Below, piece after piece: positions 26,501 to 37,906 of a stretch of DNA of 64,000 nt. Made by a program: the position numbers and the translations under genes. Each line of letters opens with the position of its first letter. Position 1 is the stretch's first letter. The stretch spans positions 496,001 to 560,000 of the forward strand of contig JASANG010002537.1 of assembly GCA_030248215.1 (NCBI GenBank). Direction: 5' to 3'. The DNA comes from Enoplolaimus lenunculus. Lineage: Eukaryota. The notes under the pieces were generated by a model. It saw only the letters and a program-made list of their open reading frames with translations. It ran no database searches and was not told the origin of the DNA.

Positions 26501-26835
26501 CATTCCAGAGCAAAACATTAAATGTATGTGGACTGATTTGATATTTGCAAATGCTGCGTGATGCTAAAAAATGTAAATTGATAATAACGTAGCTAGAAAA
26601 GTGTTTTCGGTTACATCGCTCTGCTCAGCCGCTGTTCACCTCAAGAACGTCCGATGTTAGGAGTTTTACATATTTTGATCTTGTCATGACTTCTTTTGAT
26701 CATTCCGAACTTAAATTTTAAGAAAATTCGAATTTTTAAGGTCTCAATGTCTTCGATGAAATTCTTACCTCGTACAATTGCAGCGGTACACAGGGCAATC
26801 ACGGTTACGTATGCGTAGATACGAAGTCGTGGCAT
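14586..26835 (-). CDS. Secreted multidomain protein: signal peptide, PAN/apple, PAN/apple, Thr/charged-rich linker, C-type lectin, PAN/apple (~783 aa, 11 exons)
   Basis: Exons 26769-26835, 26120-26362, 25018-25146, 23821-24004, 22649-22857, 21553-22149, 20177-20351, 18676-18845, 18150-18263, 15829-15957, 14586-14920. All introns are GT-AG and phase-consistent, total 2352 nt. Signal peptide MPRLRIYAYVTVIALCTAAIVRA. PAN-type motifs CVHKCFRTPGCKYVNF..CQL, CVFLCRFIPICKSLLY..CSLF and CYFLCYVFQSCVTLTY..CYLY. CTL motifs CPPGW..CY..TWQDANENC..HL..VWLG..WDEVYC..ICQ. Confidence 0.85.
17516..17814. mobile_element. hAT-like MITE with TTACCCG-type internal repeats
   Basis: CGGAGTGGGA...TCCCACTCTG. TSD GTTCAACT and GTTCAACC (7/8). 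Confidence 0.75.
24524..24975. mobile_element. Long palindromic MITE-like element, intronic, left arm truncated
   Basis: GTCCCAAGG...CCTTGGGAC arms symmetric about ~24700. Confidence 0.65.
26322..26710. repeat. ~201-bp tandem duplication covering the exon-2 splice acceptor of the PAN/CTL gene
   Basis: TGTATGTGG(G/A)CTGATTTGATATTTGCAAA...GCTAAAAAATGTAAATTGATAATAACGTAGCTAG starts at both 26322 and 26523. Confidence 0.9.
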
Positions 26836-28727
26836 TGTATAAAAATTGTCGTTCGTAGCAAATGATGGATTTAGATCAAAGTTTAGCTGTCGAAGTCATA
26901 TATTAAAAATAATTAATTTTAATATTTAAACGTAATATTTTAAATCAAAATGTACTCCCAGTGCCACACGTACTGAAATAGACTCGAAAAATTACGCTGC
27001 ATTACTTATATCCGTTGAAATTTGGGTTCAGGATAATTACAGAACCTTACCCATTGGTAGACCGGAGGACTAATAGATTTAGAGACTGGGAAGCATGTGT
27101 TTAGGCTCAGGTTTAGATATACCAGCCATGACCTTAATGGTTAACATATAGGCAAAAAATACAAATTACTGTTTTGAAATAAAATGTTATCGTTAAAGTA
27201 CAGATTATATTAAAACAAAGTTAGATAGGTTAAACGAAGTTGTGCCAATCATTTGAACAATAATCTTTGAAGTTTTTAATCAAATCTTGTTCTTCAAACT
27301 GTTTTCCATAGCTAATAAACAACTGCGAACTTTTTAAAATAAATAAATGCGAAATTTTTGCCTGCGGAAAATTCTCGCAAACCATGGCAAGCTTAAAGTT
27401 TATTCCATGTAAACATCAGGGGCGGACCATTTTTCACGGAACTGCAATAGAGTAAGCTTAAGATTTAGATTGTTTTTAGCTTAGGCTTAAGGATCAGGCT
27501 TAGGTATAGGCTTATGCTTACGCGTAGGCTTAGGTTTAAAAATATGCTTATATTACTGTTATGGCACTGTTCTATCATTTTAAGGATTTTATTTCTAAAC
27601 AATTAACAAACTTTGCTATACAGTACAGTCTGTATACAATGACACTAGGAAATTGGTATGAAACAAGTACTGTATGCAGGTTTAGTGATTTGAACTGTTT
27701 GCATTATCGTTTTTTACACCTTCACACAAGTATATTTTTTAAATATTTTTTCGAAAACAAGTTAAACTCATTCACAACCTACCATGTTTCCCGTAAATAC
27801 TTGTGGTATCCAATTAACAGCAGCAAAGTAGCGTTATGAGTGGTGGCAGCCCGCCTGCCTCTCGTGCCAAAACGCTATTTTTTCCTATATTTTATACCGC
27901 AAAATACGATTTTTATAGCTGTATGTATAGCAAAATGAGTCAATTGTGTTCATTTTCAAAAACAAATAAAACAGAAAATTTTTGACAAACGTTAGGTATT
28001 CTTACTGCTCAGAATAAACGACTGTACTAAATTTAAATGGATCATTTTAAAAAATTTTCCCTAAGATATCAATTGTAATAATAATAATGTTTCAAAAATA
28101 AATGCTAGAATTTACTTTAGTCTTTAACACGGCAGTATTGCCGATAACATAGATATTCGACTCAAACAAACATCGTTAAAATTGAAAGTCAGCTGAACAA
28201 AATCGGGATTGTGTGATTTCGAGGACTATCTCTCTGTCTCTGTCTCTCTCTCTCGGTGGCGCTGTGGAGAGGGTGGAATTTAATCGAACGGTTTGAGTAT
28301 AGACGCACTAACCGAAACGGAAACAGTTTTAAAATAAACGTATAAAATACACAAGAAATATCACTTTTTACACAGTTTTCAAATATCTCAGGTCCTGGAT
28401 ATATTTGAACAAAGAACGCTTGTTGACCGAAATTTTGAGGTGATACTTGACGAAGTTTTTTTTGTTTTTTTTTAAAATAATCACTTTTGTTTTTCTGAAA
28501 ATAAAAAGTAACTTTCAGTGCGACGGAAATTTTTCAATCAGGCAAACTATAAAAAAGAGTATGCTTTTTGTATTCGAGATATATGTACTACGATTGAGAA
28601 TTACTTTATATTTTTGAACAAATTTCATATTAATCAAAATGTAAAATGTTTCATTCCTTAAAAGCTTTATACTGTACGGTTGTGAAGGCTGCGACGAATC
28701 TGAGTGCGTAGTATATATTAGCGTTTC

Positions 28728-28911
28728 GGCCCATGTTTACTTTAGGGGCGTTCAGGTTTCTGGTGCGTCCATAAAAGAGTAGGTTTAGATTCTAGATTAC
28801 ATCTTGTTTTGCTTAAGGTTAGGCGTATGCTTAGACTTAGGCTTATGCTTAGGCTTTAGGCATAGGAATACTTTTAATCTACTGTAGCGCCCCTTAAAGT
28901 AAACATTGGCC
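28728..28911. mobile_element. GGCC-ended MITE containing degenerate TTAGGC repeats (subfamily A)
   Basis: TIR GGCCCATGTTTACTTTAGGGGCG versus GGCCAATGTTTACTTTAAGGGGCG. Body shared with 36836-37012. Confidence 0.8.
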
Positions 28912-29898
28912 AAAAGTTCTGTCTTTGATTTTAGCTACAAATCGAGTTAAATTTGATATTTTTGGTTAATATCGAAAGCAGGTTCGTAGCCAGCTCACCA
29001 TGCCAAGGGGCTAAAAAATTTTCAGGAACGGCATACAAGAGTTCTCGCTGATTTACAAGCAAGATCGATAATTTTCCAGAATGAAACCATCGTTTTTCCT
29101 GCATTCATTTGCATCCTAGAGGAAAACTATATGCGTATAAGTTTAACGACCTGTATCAAGATACGCATGAACAGGTTTACTTAAAATTTGATCAAGTACC
29201 AAAAATAAATAGTAAAAATAACAAAATTTTCGGTATGTCGATAACGGAGACGGAAACGAACAGCGATTTAAACCAGAAACTAATATTCGATTTATGCCTT
29301 ATATTTGGTTACACACTCAAAATTATGCAGCGTAAAGCATGTACTGTATCAAAACATAAATTTATACTTTTGACATTGAAGACAACTGTAATTATATTCT
29401 CTAAAACCTAAAATTTTAACTTTCAAATTTTCTCTACATCTTTAAATAAGCGAAAATGTCACAAACCAAATGTGGCTTGTGCTCAAACTAAGCAGTATTG
29501 TTTCCTAATGAAAAATTGTGCCTTTTTTATTAGTTTTTTTTTAAATTAGCACGGTATATTTTGTAAACATAGCCGCAATACCTACCTGTCTGACAAATGC
29601 ATAGATCGTTCCTGAACGTCAACTTATCTCGACCTTCCGTTTCCAGTGATATTTCTTAATTGAAAAGTACCGAGTTAAAATTGAACTAATCCATCATACA
29701 TTTTTAGTCTTTGCTGAGCAGAAGCTTTTTTATTTATACCTCATTTAACAAGACATTTAAGCAAAACCCATAATTTCCCACGACACCGCTTACATTTAAA
29801 AAATGTTTAACTTTTAAATTCTTCTTATTTGGATTTAAACATTTGATGTGCCGCTCGTTCGGCCTGGCTTTTTTGTCTACGTTAACAAATAAACGTGA

Positions 29899-32800
29899 TT
29901 ATTTTACACTTTCAAAGGTATACTTAATACCGTCTTTGATACGCATAAATCCGAGCACTATTTCAATTGCGTTTTTGACTAAAAAAATCGATAACTCCAT
30001 ACGAACCCATTGCCACAAATAGACACGAATAACAAAATACGGAACGTTAATAACAAACAAAAACAAAACGTTATAAAATTCATTTTTCCAATAATAATCC
30101 CACCTTCGTCTTGCGGCTGAGTAAGAGCAGCTTTTTTGAGGTTCGTCTTGGGACTCCTCCGGCTCCAAAGAGTCTGAGCGGTTGAAAATATCGTTCTGTT
30201 CAGCGGTAGCAGCCAAAATCGTTTGGGATGGAAACGAATTTGGACCGTGTTGATTTGACGTACCTTCGGTTTTTCCATCGTGTTCGATCAGTTTGACACG
30301 AAGCTTGTACAAAGATAACGATGGCAGAATAAAGTTGACGTTCGCCAGTGCGATTATTGTCCCTTCGAGACAAGGTTGCTAGAAATAAACTGGTGGATAT
30401 TTGAGCATTTCAAAACAACCCAATTTGCTGTGCGATTTCAACTAATTTTGCACCTTCGCACAAATCAAGATACCTACGCACTGCGTTTATTATCGCATTA
30501 CCTTCTTGGTGTTAGCATCGCTTGAGCGATTTCGTTCGCCATCATATATTGTCTCATGTGCCCCTTGTTTGAGATAAACTGTTGTGCCATTTATTGATAC
30601 CCGACTAAAAGATCGCCGCAGGAGAAAACGATTTTTTCCTAGGGGTGTCATATCGAGGCGAAACAGCGTATCCCAACAAGAGGCACCGTTTACCGGTCAC
30701 GATTTTTTCTAGGGGTGTCAAATCGAGGCGAAGCAGCTAACCTAGAAACGAAGAGGCCGTCAGCCATCAAAATTTAGTTTTGGACCGTTCTGTGAAGGAA
30801 TCCAACTGTTGGTATGGGATGAGTGGTGCATAAAAACTCGATAGTAACGCGAGCGAGAAGCCAACGCATTTTCTTGCATTAAATGTTTTCAATTCTAACA
30901 TGAAGTTTTAGTTTTGAACGGGGTTTTAGGGTTCTCGTGAAACCCATATATTTTTTCGGCTGGTATCCCGGGCACCCTTGTACCCCCACGTATTTGGAAC
31001 ATCGTTACGCAGGCGGCCATACAGCCGGCGCTCGGATACCGTAGCCGCGGCCTTGCATTGCATATTTCTTCTCTAAAAAATTTAAAATTTTCAATGATTT
31101 CTACTGAACAAGCTAAACCGAATATACCTTACCGTCATCAATACAGAAAACGCTTCAATATCGAATAAAGTCGACAAAAAGTGAACCGCGTCTAATACTT
31201 CAAACGTGACTTCAGCAACCAGTGAGTGTAAAGACTCTAAAAACAGTACTAGCGACCAAATCAAATTACTTTTGCGGTGTATAGGATGCTGTAATGAAGA
31301 AAGTATTTTTTGAGGAACCACGAAAACCTTACCTGATTCATATTCTTGTAAGAATTTCCTAGCTTATATTTTCTTTATCTGCTATAGAGAAAAGTGTTGC
31401 TACTGTTTTCATTGAGGATGTATTCAAAGATGCAAACGCTTTTGATGTGATGAAAAATTGCACCTTTTCGGAAAACGTCGCCATATTCACTGGTGATACC
31501 AAAAAAAGTTAAGGAGAGATGACAGATTGGGATTGATGGTACGATATTGAATGAAAATACAAGGAATATTGAATACGAGGCAATGATGTTTGTAAAGTTT
31601 TCATGCCACAAAGAATCGAAACGGCGCCGTCACGGGCTCTTATTTATGTTTTTAGAAATTTCAAGGGGAATCCCGTGATGTTCACTGTAGCTTAATGCGT
31701 TCACCCTCTGTTAATCAACTCTAATGTGGTCCAAAAACTTTTGCGAGATGCTAAGCAAAACGCAGGCCGTAGCCAGCTCACCTTGTTTGGGAGGGGGGCT
31801 GAAAATTTTCAGAGGGTTTTCGATGACTACAAGCAAGGTTGAAATTTTGTTTGATGGGGGTCAAAAATCTTCCAGGGGTTTTTGAGCCTCCCTGCATCCC
31901 TCTGATTACGGGCCGACCCTAACGAACCCTCTGGATCGTCCTCTAAGACTTTCTTCATTCATGGTCATAAAACAAGTCAAGTTAAATAAACTAAAAACAT
32001 TATACGAACCTTGAAGCGATTTAGATCTCGCCGGATGGCTGGCAACGATAAAAAAGAATATCAGCGACGATAAACACAAAGTGATAACGAATGTGTTAGT
32101 GTCCAACGCACGAAACGCTTCGCATATTTCCAAAAATTGTAGAATTTTGACGAAATGTTTTGATGAGTGCCATATTTTTGCAGCCAGCACAAAGCTAAAA
32201 ATATTACGCTCTTGCTACATGGCAATATTATTAAAGTTTGAACGCCCCACATACGTATTTTAGGCAGTGTTCCAGTTGTTGTACTGATTTTTTTCATATA
32301 CGGACAAGAGACACCATTATATGCAAATTCGAGCATATTTTTGTTTTGTAAGCAATATTTTAGTGTTGGAAATTTGCAACCATGTTGACTGTTAGTATAC
32401 TATGAGTAATAAAACACAAATTGTGCACGCGAAATAATACACAATGCCTACTGCTTTAACCATTGTTACGCACATGTGCAGCACAAAATCTTCACAAAAC
32501 GGAAGACCGCCTTATGGGTGAGTAGAAATAGTTAACGCCTCTTGTCTACAATGGCCGCGGCTTAAAGGTACTCAGTAAAAAAATTTTCATTAACCCTTTC
32601 TCACATGGATATTTGTAATTTCACATGAGATGTAATTTCAAGGTCAGATTCGAACCCCAGTCTCACAGGTGGGAGGCGTTTTCCATGACCATTGAGCTAT
32701 AGGAGCTTGACGCTCGAGCCCGAGGGGCTCTCACGCTTTGTGGAGACTTAACACTGCGCATATATGTTATAAATTTTAAACGCTATTCACAGAGTGTGTA

Positions 32801-34528
32801 TTGCTAGTACATTATTAAATACTATTCACAGTGTGTGTATTGCTAGTACATTATTAAACACTATTCACAGTGTGTGTATTGCTTGTACTTTATTGTATTT
32901 AGTTTCTCATAGTATACTCTATGAGCGAAACGGTTAAAAATGAAATAGAAAATTTTCATGTGTGACATTGTTTAACCGTTTTCCGCATGTGCGTGAGCAC
33001 AAAATTTCTACACGACGTGACAACGCAGTTGCATACTAGCATCATCGGCAATCTTATATAATCGTACCATGATTGTAAACTAAACGTCTTTCGAACTAGA
33101 ACCATTGCAGGGTTTCGAATCTTAGTTTGAAATTAGAAATTCAATGAAGTATAAAATATTCAAGAGTGAACGGGTAGAATATTGTTTCGGTTAAAACAAC
33201 TAAAAAGTTTATGAAAGTTTCTCTTACCTGTATACAAACCAAGCAATAGTTGCATGTTTCAGGGTTGGCGAAATGCTATAGTGTTGTTGATATTTTTCAA
33301 TTGAACCTGTTTTAATGTATTGGTATATTCCCAGAATCGGTAATATTGCCTAAAAATTTTAATTTTCCATTTTCACGTTAAATTTGTTTTGGTCAGATAG
33401 CGAAGTGAATAATGCATTTCAGTTTTGAACTGATTAACAACGCAATTGTATAAACCAGGGTAACCGGATTGTACAAAATAACTGAAACTGAAGCGATCAA
33501 AATAACGTAAACGGAAAACGAATATTGAGGTATAAATGTATAAAAAATGTATTAACATCACTGCCTATGCAAACGAGGGTTGTAAATGTGTATTAGGTGT
33601 TGTAGTTTTAAAGAAAAATAGCATCTGCAACCAAATTTTTTCAGAATCCGGATGAATTTTGTCATTTTTTTCATATATTTCTATAACGGAAACGGAAACG
33701 GATATATAATATCACTTTTGCATGTAGAGTCGTCAGGTTGAGTAACCATAACAAACAGCAATTTGGTTGGTATTATTCGAAAAATGAAATGAATCTACAG
33801 CGTTTAAGCCACAAGCTATGACAAATCAACAAGGGTCGAAAGTATTAATACAAGGGGAATAGTTGAACAGAGTATGTCCCATCAAGAAAATTCTAGAGAC
33901 ATGAAAAACGCTAAACAGATGTTAGAATTTTCTTGCCGGATCTAAAAAGCCAAAAACACCGCTGCTGAAAACTAACCATAACACCAATCGCAACCACATC
34001 CGGAATTAGCCAATAATATAGCTGGCCAAAGCTTAACGTAAGCTGCCTTTGTCTCGCGATGATTGGTGAACAGTTAACCACTGGACGATGCATTTCCCAG
34101 TCAACTTGTATCGTATCAAAGTTTTCACTTGCGTACAACACTAAAAACGCGTCAAAAAGTCCAAGTTGAATCAAAGTAACCACTGTAGCTGCAAGCAACA
34201 TTAAAATTTCAACTCTTTGCCGATAACGAAACAATTTATACTTCAACGATAGTTGTTTACTGTTGTCAATTGAAAATTTCGCCAAAATCGACATTTTCTT
34301 CCTTGGAAGTTGCGCCAGATCCGCGGTTGACAAAGCGGATACGCCGTTTGAGTTCATATGATTATCAGCATCGTTGTTTATATTGTGATCACTGACATAG
34401 CTAGTGCTTTTTCGAGCGTCTTTAACTTTTGATCGCGAAAACATCCCGACTGATCGTTTGGTAAACGAATCGATGCTTAGCGACAACTTCAACGATCGCA
34501 CTGAACTAATTGTTTGACTCGTTTTCAT
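29899..34528 (-). CDS. CECR6/TMEM121-family multi-pass membrane protein (~480 aa, 5 coding exons)
   Basis: Exons 33977-34528, 33228-33349, 32010-32194, 31133-31236, 29899-30378; GT-AG, phase-consistent, 1443 nt. Family-like segments IAWFVYSFVLAAKI, VASH..SLVAEVTFEVLDAVHFLSTLF, LANVNFILPSLSLYKL and INVPYFVIRVYLW..SIFLVKNAI. ATG at 34528 has an in-frame stop just upstream. Confidence 0.8.
32590..32937. mobile_element. Diverged subfamily copy of the TTAA MITE, in an intron of the TMEM121-like gene, with three ~39-bp internal tandem repeats
   Basis: TTAA + CCCTTTCTCACAT ... ATGAGCGAAACGG + TTAA. Retains the tRNA-like segment and the GACGCTCGAGCCCGAGGGG core. Confidence 0.8.
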
Positions 34529-35516
34529 CAATTTTTACCCGTGACATCCGTTGAAAATACTCAGAAACGTTCTGTGACAGTTTATTTGGTGTCATTCTGT
34601 TATTGATTTCTGCTCAAGTATCGAGCAATTCCGCTTAGTATACAGTGATAGTTGTAAATTAACAAGTCAAACTACACCAATGTGTTTCAAATAACAAAAA
34701 CTACTATAGCAACACCAAAAACCGACGTAATAGATTAAAAATTTAACTGCTTGCAGTTTTGTTAAAAAATTAAAAACGAAACATCCTATTGCACTTTAGC
34801 AAAACAATACGAACAAGTCGGTTTGAAGCATTCTAATATAATATAGCTAATTTAAAAGCCCAATCCCTCTGCACAACTAAGGCATTTAAGTGCAATTCTA
34901 CACTGAGTAACTGCAGACACAACAGACGAATCGTAGTTTCCGTAAGCAGTTGCGTTCAGAGCATATAAACCGAAGGTCTGTCTCGCACTCCAGCAGAAAA
35001 TCAAAAATGTTTTTAGTAAGTTTTCTCCTTCGATTTCCATACCGGTATACAGGTATTTTACAGATGCAAATTTTGCACAAAAAATATTGCTGATTGAGGT
35101 TGAATTGAACACGAAACTTTGACTGCTTATTTTAATGAGCAGATTTGAGAGCCCAATCGAAAATGTTGCAGAATATATAATGATATTCAAATGGAAAGTT
35201 TTTGTCTTGATTGGTTTTTGCTTTTTATATGAATATTTATCCGAAAGCTGCGTTTTTGTACCCGTAGCCAAGAGGGGGCCCAGGGGAGCTCAGCCTCGTT
35301 GAAAGTGAAATTTTTCAGCCTTGCTTGAAATCATCGAACGCCCTTGTATGCCAATCCTGAAAAATATTTAGCTCCCCACCCATAGCGCGGTGAGCTGGCT
35401 ACCGGCCATTGTGTATTGAGACCTCGAACCAAGTCTTATATACGAAGGAAATGAGAATGCTCTAGTTATTACTTGCAACCATCGAGGTCTAGTATGGTTA
35501 ATTTTCCTTAATGAAT

Positions 35517-36043
35517 TACTGTAGTGACCCGAATAATAGGGGTGAGACTGATCTTTATTTGGCCTCGCAAGAGGGTACTCTCCTTGTTATTCGGTTACGG
35601 ACTGTTATATATTTTTAACCCTCCCTCCGCCGCTCTTTGTTATTGATTTATATCCTGTACTTCAATCCGTTGAAAGTAAACGTTTATTTGTCTTGTATCA
35701 AAGCGTGAGCGATAATACAAGGTTATACTTACGAATGTACTTTCACAAAACTTTAGCATGATTTAAAGTTTCGAACTCAACTTTATTTGGTCCTGGAGTC
35801 ATTTATGCACTACAATTAGGGATAATTAACATTTATGGACTCAAATTCGGGTTTAGCGATTCTATTCGATTTACGGACTCTTATTAGGGTTACGGACTCC
35901 TATCGATTGACGCTCAAAACGGGGACCCCCTATTATTCGGGTCACTACTGTACGGACTTTTATTATTGATACGGACTCCTATTGATTGGGACTCAAAATG
36001 GGGAAACCTTCTTATACACCCTCTTATTCGGGTCACTGCAGTA
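35517..36043. mobile_element. TA-flanked MITE (Tc1/mariner-like), CTGTAGTGACCCGAATAA family, with duplicated right end
   Basis: TA-CTGTAGTGACCCGAATAA...TTATTCGGGTCACT(A/G)C ends near 35950 and 36041, each followed by TA. Confidence 0.8.
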
Positions 36044-36245
36044 AAGGTGTTACTTGTTCAATGGTACGATAAACGGGTTATTATATATGACTTAGATCCG
36101 GAGTCAAAGCAAGTTTTGATGCAGGCGTTCCACAACTAACACCGGGTTTTAATATCTATCAGAATTATCATGATGTGATCACTAAGTCTAACACGAACCA
36201 GCGTCTGAATTTACTTCAACAAATTGACTTGATGTGAGAAAAACT

Positions 36246-36442
36246 GGCCAATGTAAAGAACTGGGGCGGAACAGTATTTAAGCACATTCCTAAGCCTAAG
36301 CCTAAAACCTAAGCGTAATGATGAGCCTATTCCTAAGCCTAAGCCTAAGCCTAAGCCTAAGCAAAAAAGTTAGTCTAAAGCTTAAACTGACTGTATTACA
36401 GCACCGCCGGAAAACGATCCGGCCCTGTTCTATACATGGGCC
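36246..36442. mobile_element. GGCC-ended MITE containing GCCTAA repeats (subfamily B)
   Basis: TIR GGCCAATGTAAAGAACTGGGGCGG versus GGCCCATGTATAGAACAGGGCCGG; about five perfect CCTAAG units at 36332-36361. Confidence 0.8.
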
Positions 36443-36835
36443 GAAAAGCTGAAACACGTATATGTTTGCGATCGGAAAGCAATAAATTGTTGCTGTAGTG
36501 ATAAACATTCGGATGTTTAACTGCAATACTGTTCAATCTTTACAATCGAATTTAAAATGTTTTAGCTACAAAAGAAGCCGAGCTATTGAAAGCAGTTTTT
36601 TTCCATAAGAAAGCGATGACAAACAATGCACAGATTTAGTAATTTTGCTCAAAGCGAGATTGAGCAGTAAAAATGGGAATTTTTTAATGCTAAACATCCG
36701 TTTAAACTTCTGTCTAAAAATTGTGCTTCCAAAAATTTAATTCTGTTTTCGTATTAAGTGCAGACAATGGATTCGGTTAAGCTTTTAGTTGTATCTATTT
36801 TACGGATTTTGACAGTTGCCGGCCATGTGACACAT

Positions 36836-37012
36836 GGCCTATATTACTTTTAGGAATGTCCAGGTTTCTGGTGGGTCTGTAAAAGAGTAGGTTTAGATTC
36901 TAGATTATATTTTTGGCTTAGGTTTAGGAACACATTTTGCAACGCTTAGGCTTAGGCTTAGGCTTAGAAATACACTTAATCTACTGTTACGGCCAAAAAA
37001 GTAACATTGGCC
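36836..37012. mobile_element. GGCC-ended MITE containing TTAGGC repeats (subfamily A)
   Basis: GGCCTATATTACTTTT...AAAAGTAACATTGGCC with internal (TTAGGC)3. Confidence 0.8.
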
Positions 37013-37906
37013 TGACAAATGCTGCACCAGTAAAGATCATATGTCAAACGTTTTTTTGCGAAATTACAATAGAGTATGTTTAAGCTTTAGGCTACCTTCT
37101 TTGCTTAAGCTTAGGCTTACGCTTAGGAATAAGCTCATCCTTTTTGTTAGGCTTTGCCTTTAAGTTTAGGAATATGATTATACTACTGTTTTACGGCCCT
37201 GAATGCGTTACCCGAATTTGTAGAATGTCTGCGTGGCTTATAATTTACAAAATTTCCATCAAAAACATAATGCTTACTTATAATTGCAACACAATTCAAT
37301 GTCATTTAGGGAACGCATAAAATAAATTGATTACTCGACTAAAAAATGCAATTCAGTGCAACTATTAAAAACGGTATAAATTGAAAGAAATTACTGTAGT
37401 AACCCGAATAAGCGGGTGGGACTGATATTTATTTGGCTCTCCAGAGGGCACTCTACTGTTATTCGGTTACGCTCTGTTATTTATTTTCATACTACAGTAG
37501 ATCGAGAAATTCTGGACATTCTTACAATTTTAGTATTTTTACAAAGCTCAGAGATCAGGCAATTTTAAACCAGGACATTGACGAAATTTTAGTGTGAGAC
37601 GCTGAAACTGGTACATTAATAAAATTATTTTGCAGTATTGCATGAACTCACTGAACTCGGGCTGTGGAACAAAACATAAACTAACATGGACTATAAACAT
37701 CGACTTATGAAAATATTCTGCTCAGCTGAATATGTGATATAAAACAAATATACAAAGCTTAAAGGAAAGTTGTTATTAGCAATAAATTCAATTATATACG
37801 CGCAATGATACACACTGCAATATATGGTTTACATGAAACTTGAAACTGCACAAACATTGACACTTCGGGCAAAATTCTTACCAATTCCAAGAGTTGTGTG
37901 ATTAAT

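Noticed and set aside
31237..31380. Longer upstream extension of TMEM121-like exon 4 suggested by ORF 31091-31321
   Set aside because: The acceptor at 31237 matches the upstream exon phase and gives family-like spacing.
36290..36362. True telomere or chromosome end
   Set aside because: A short degenerate tract enclosed by TIRs in mid-contig.
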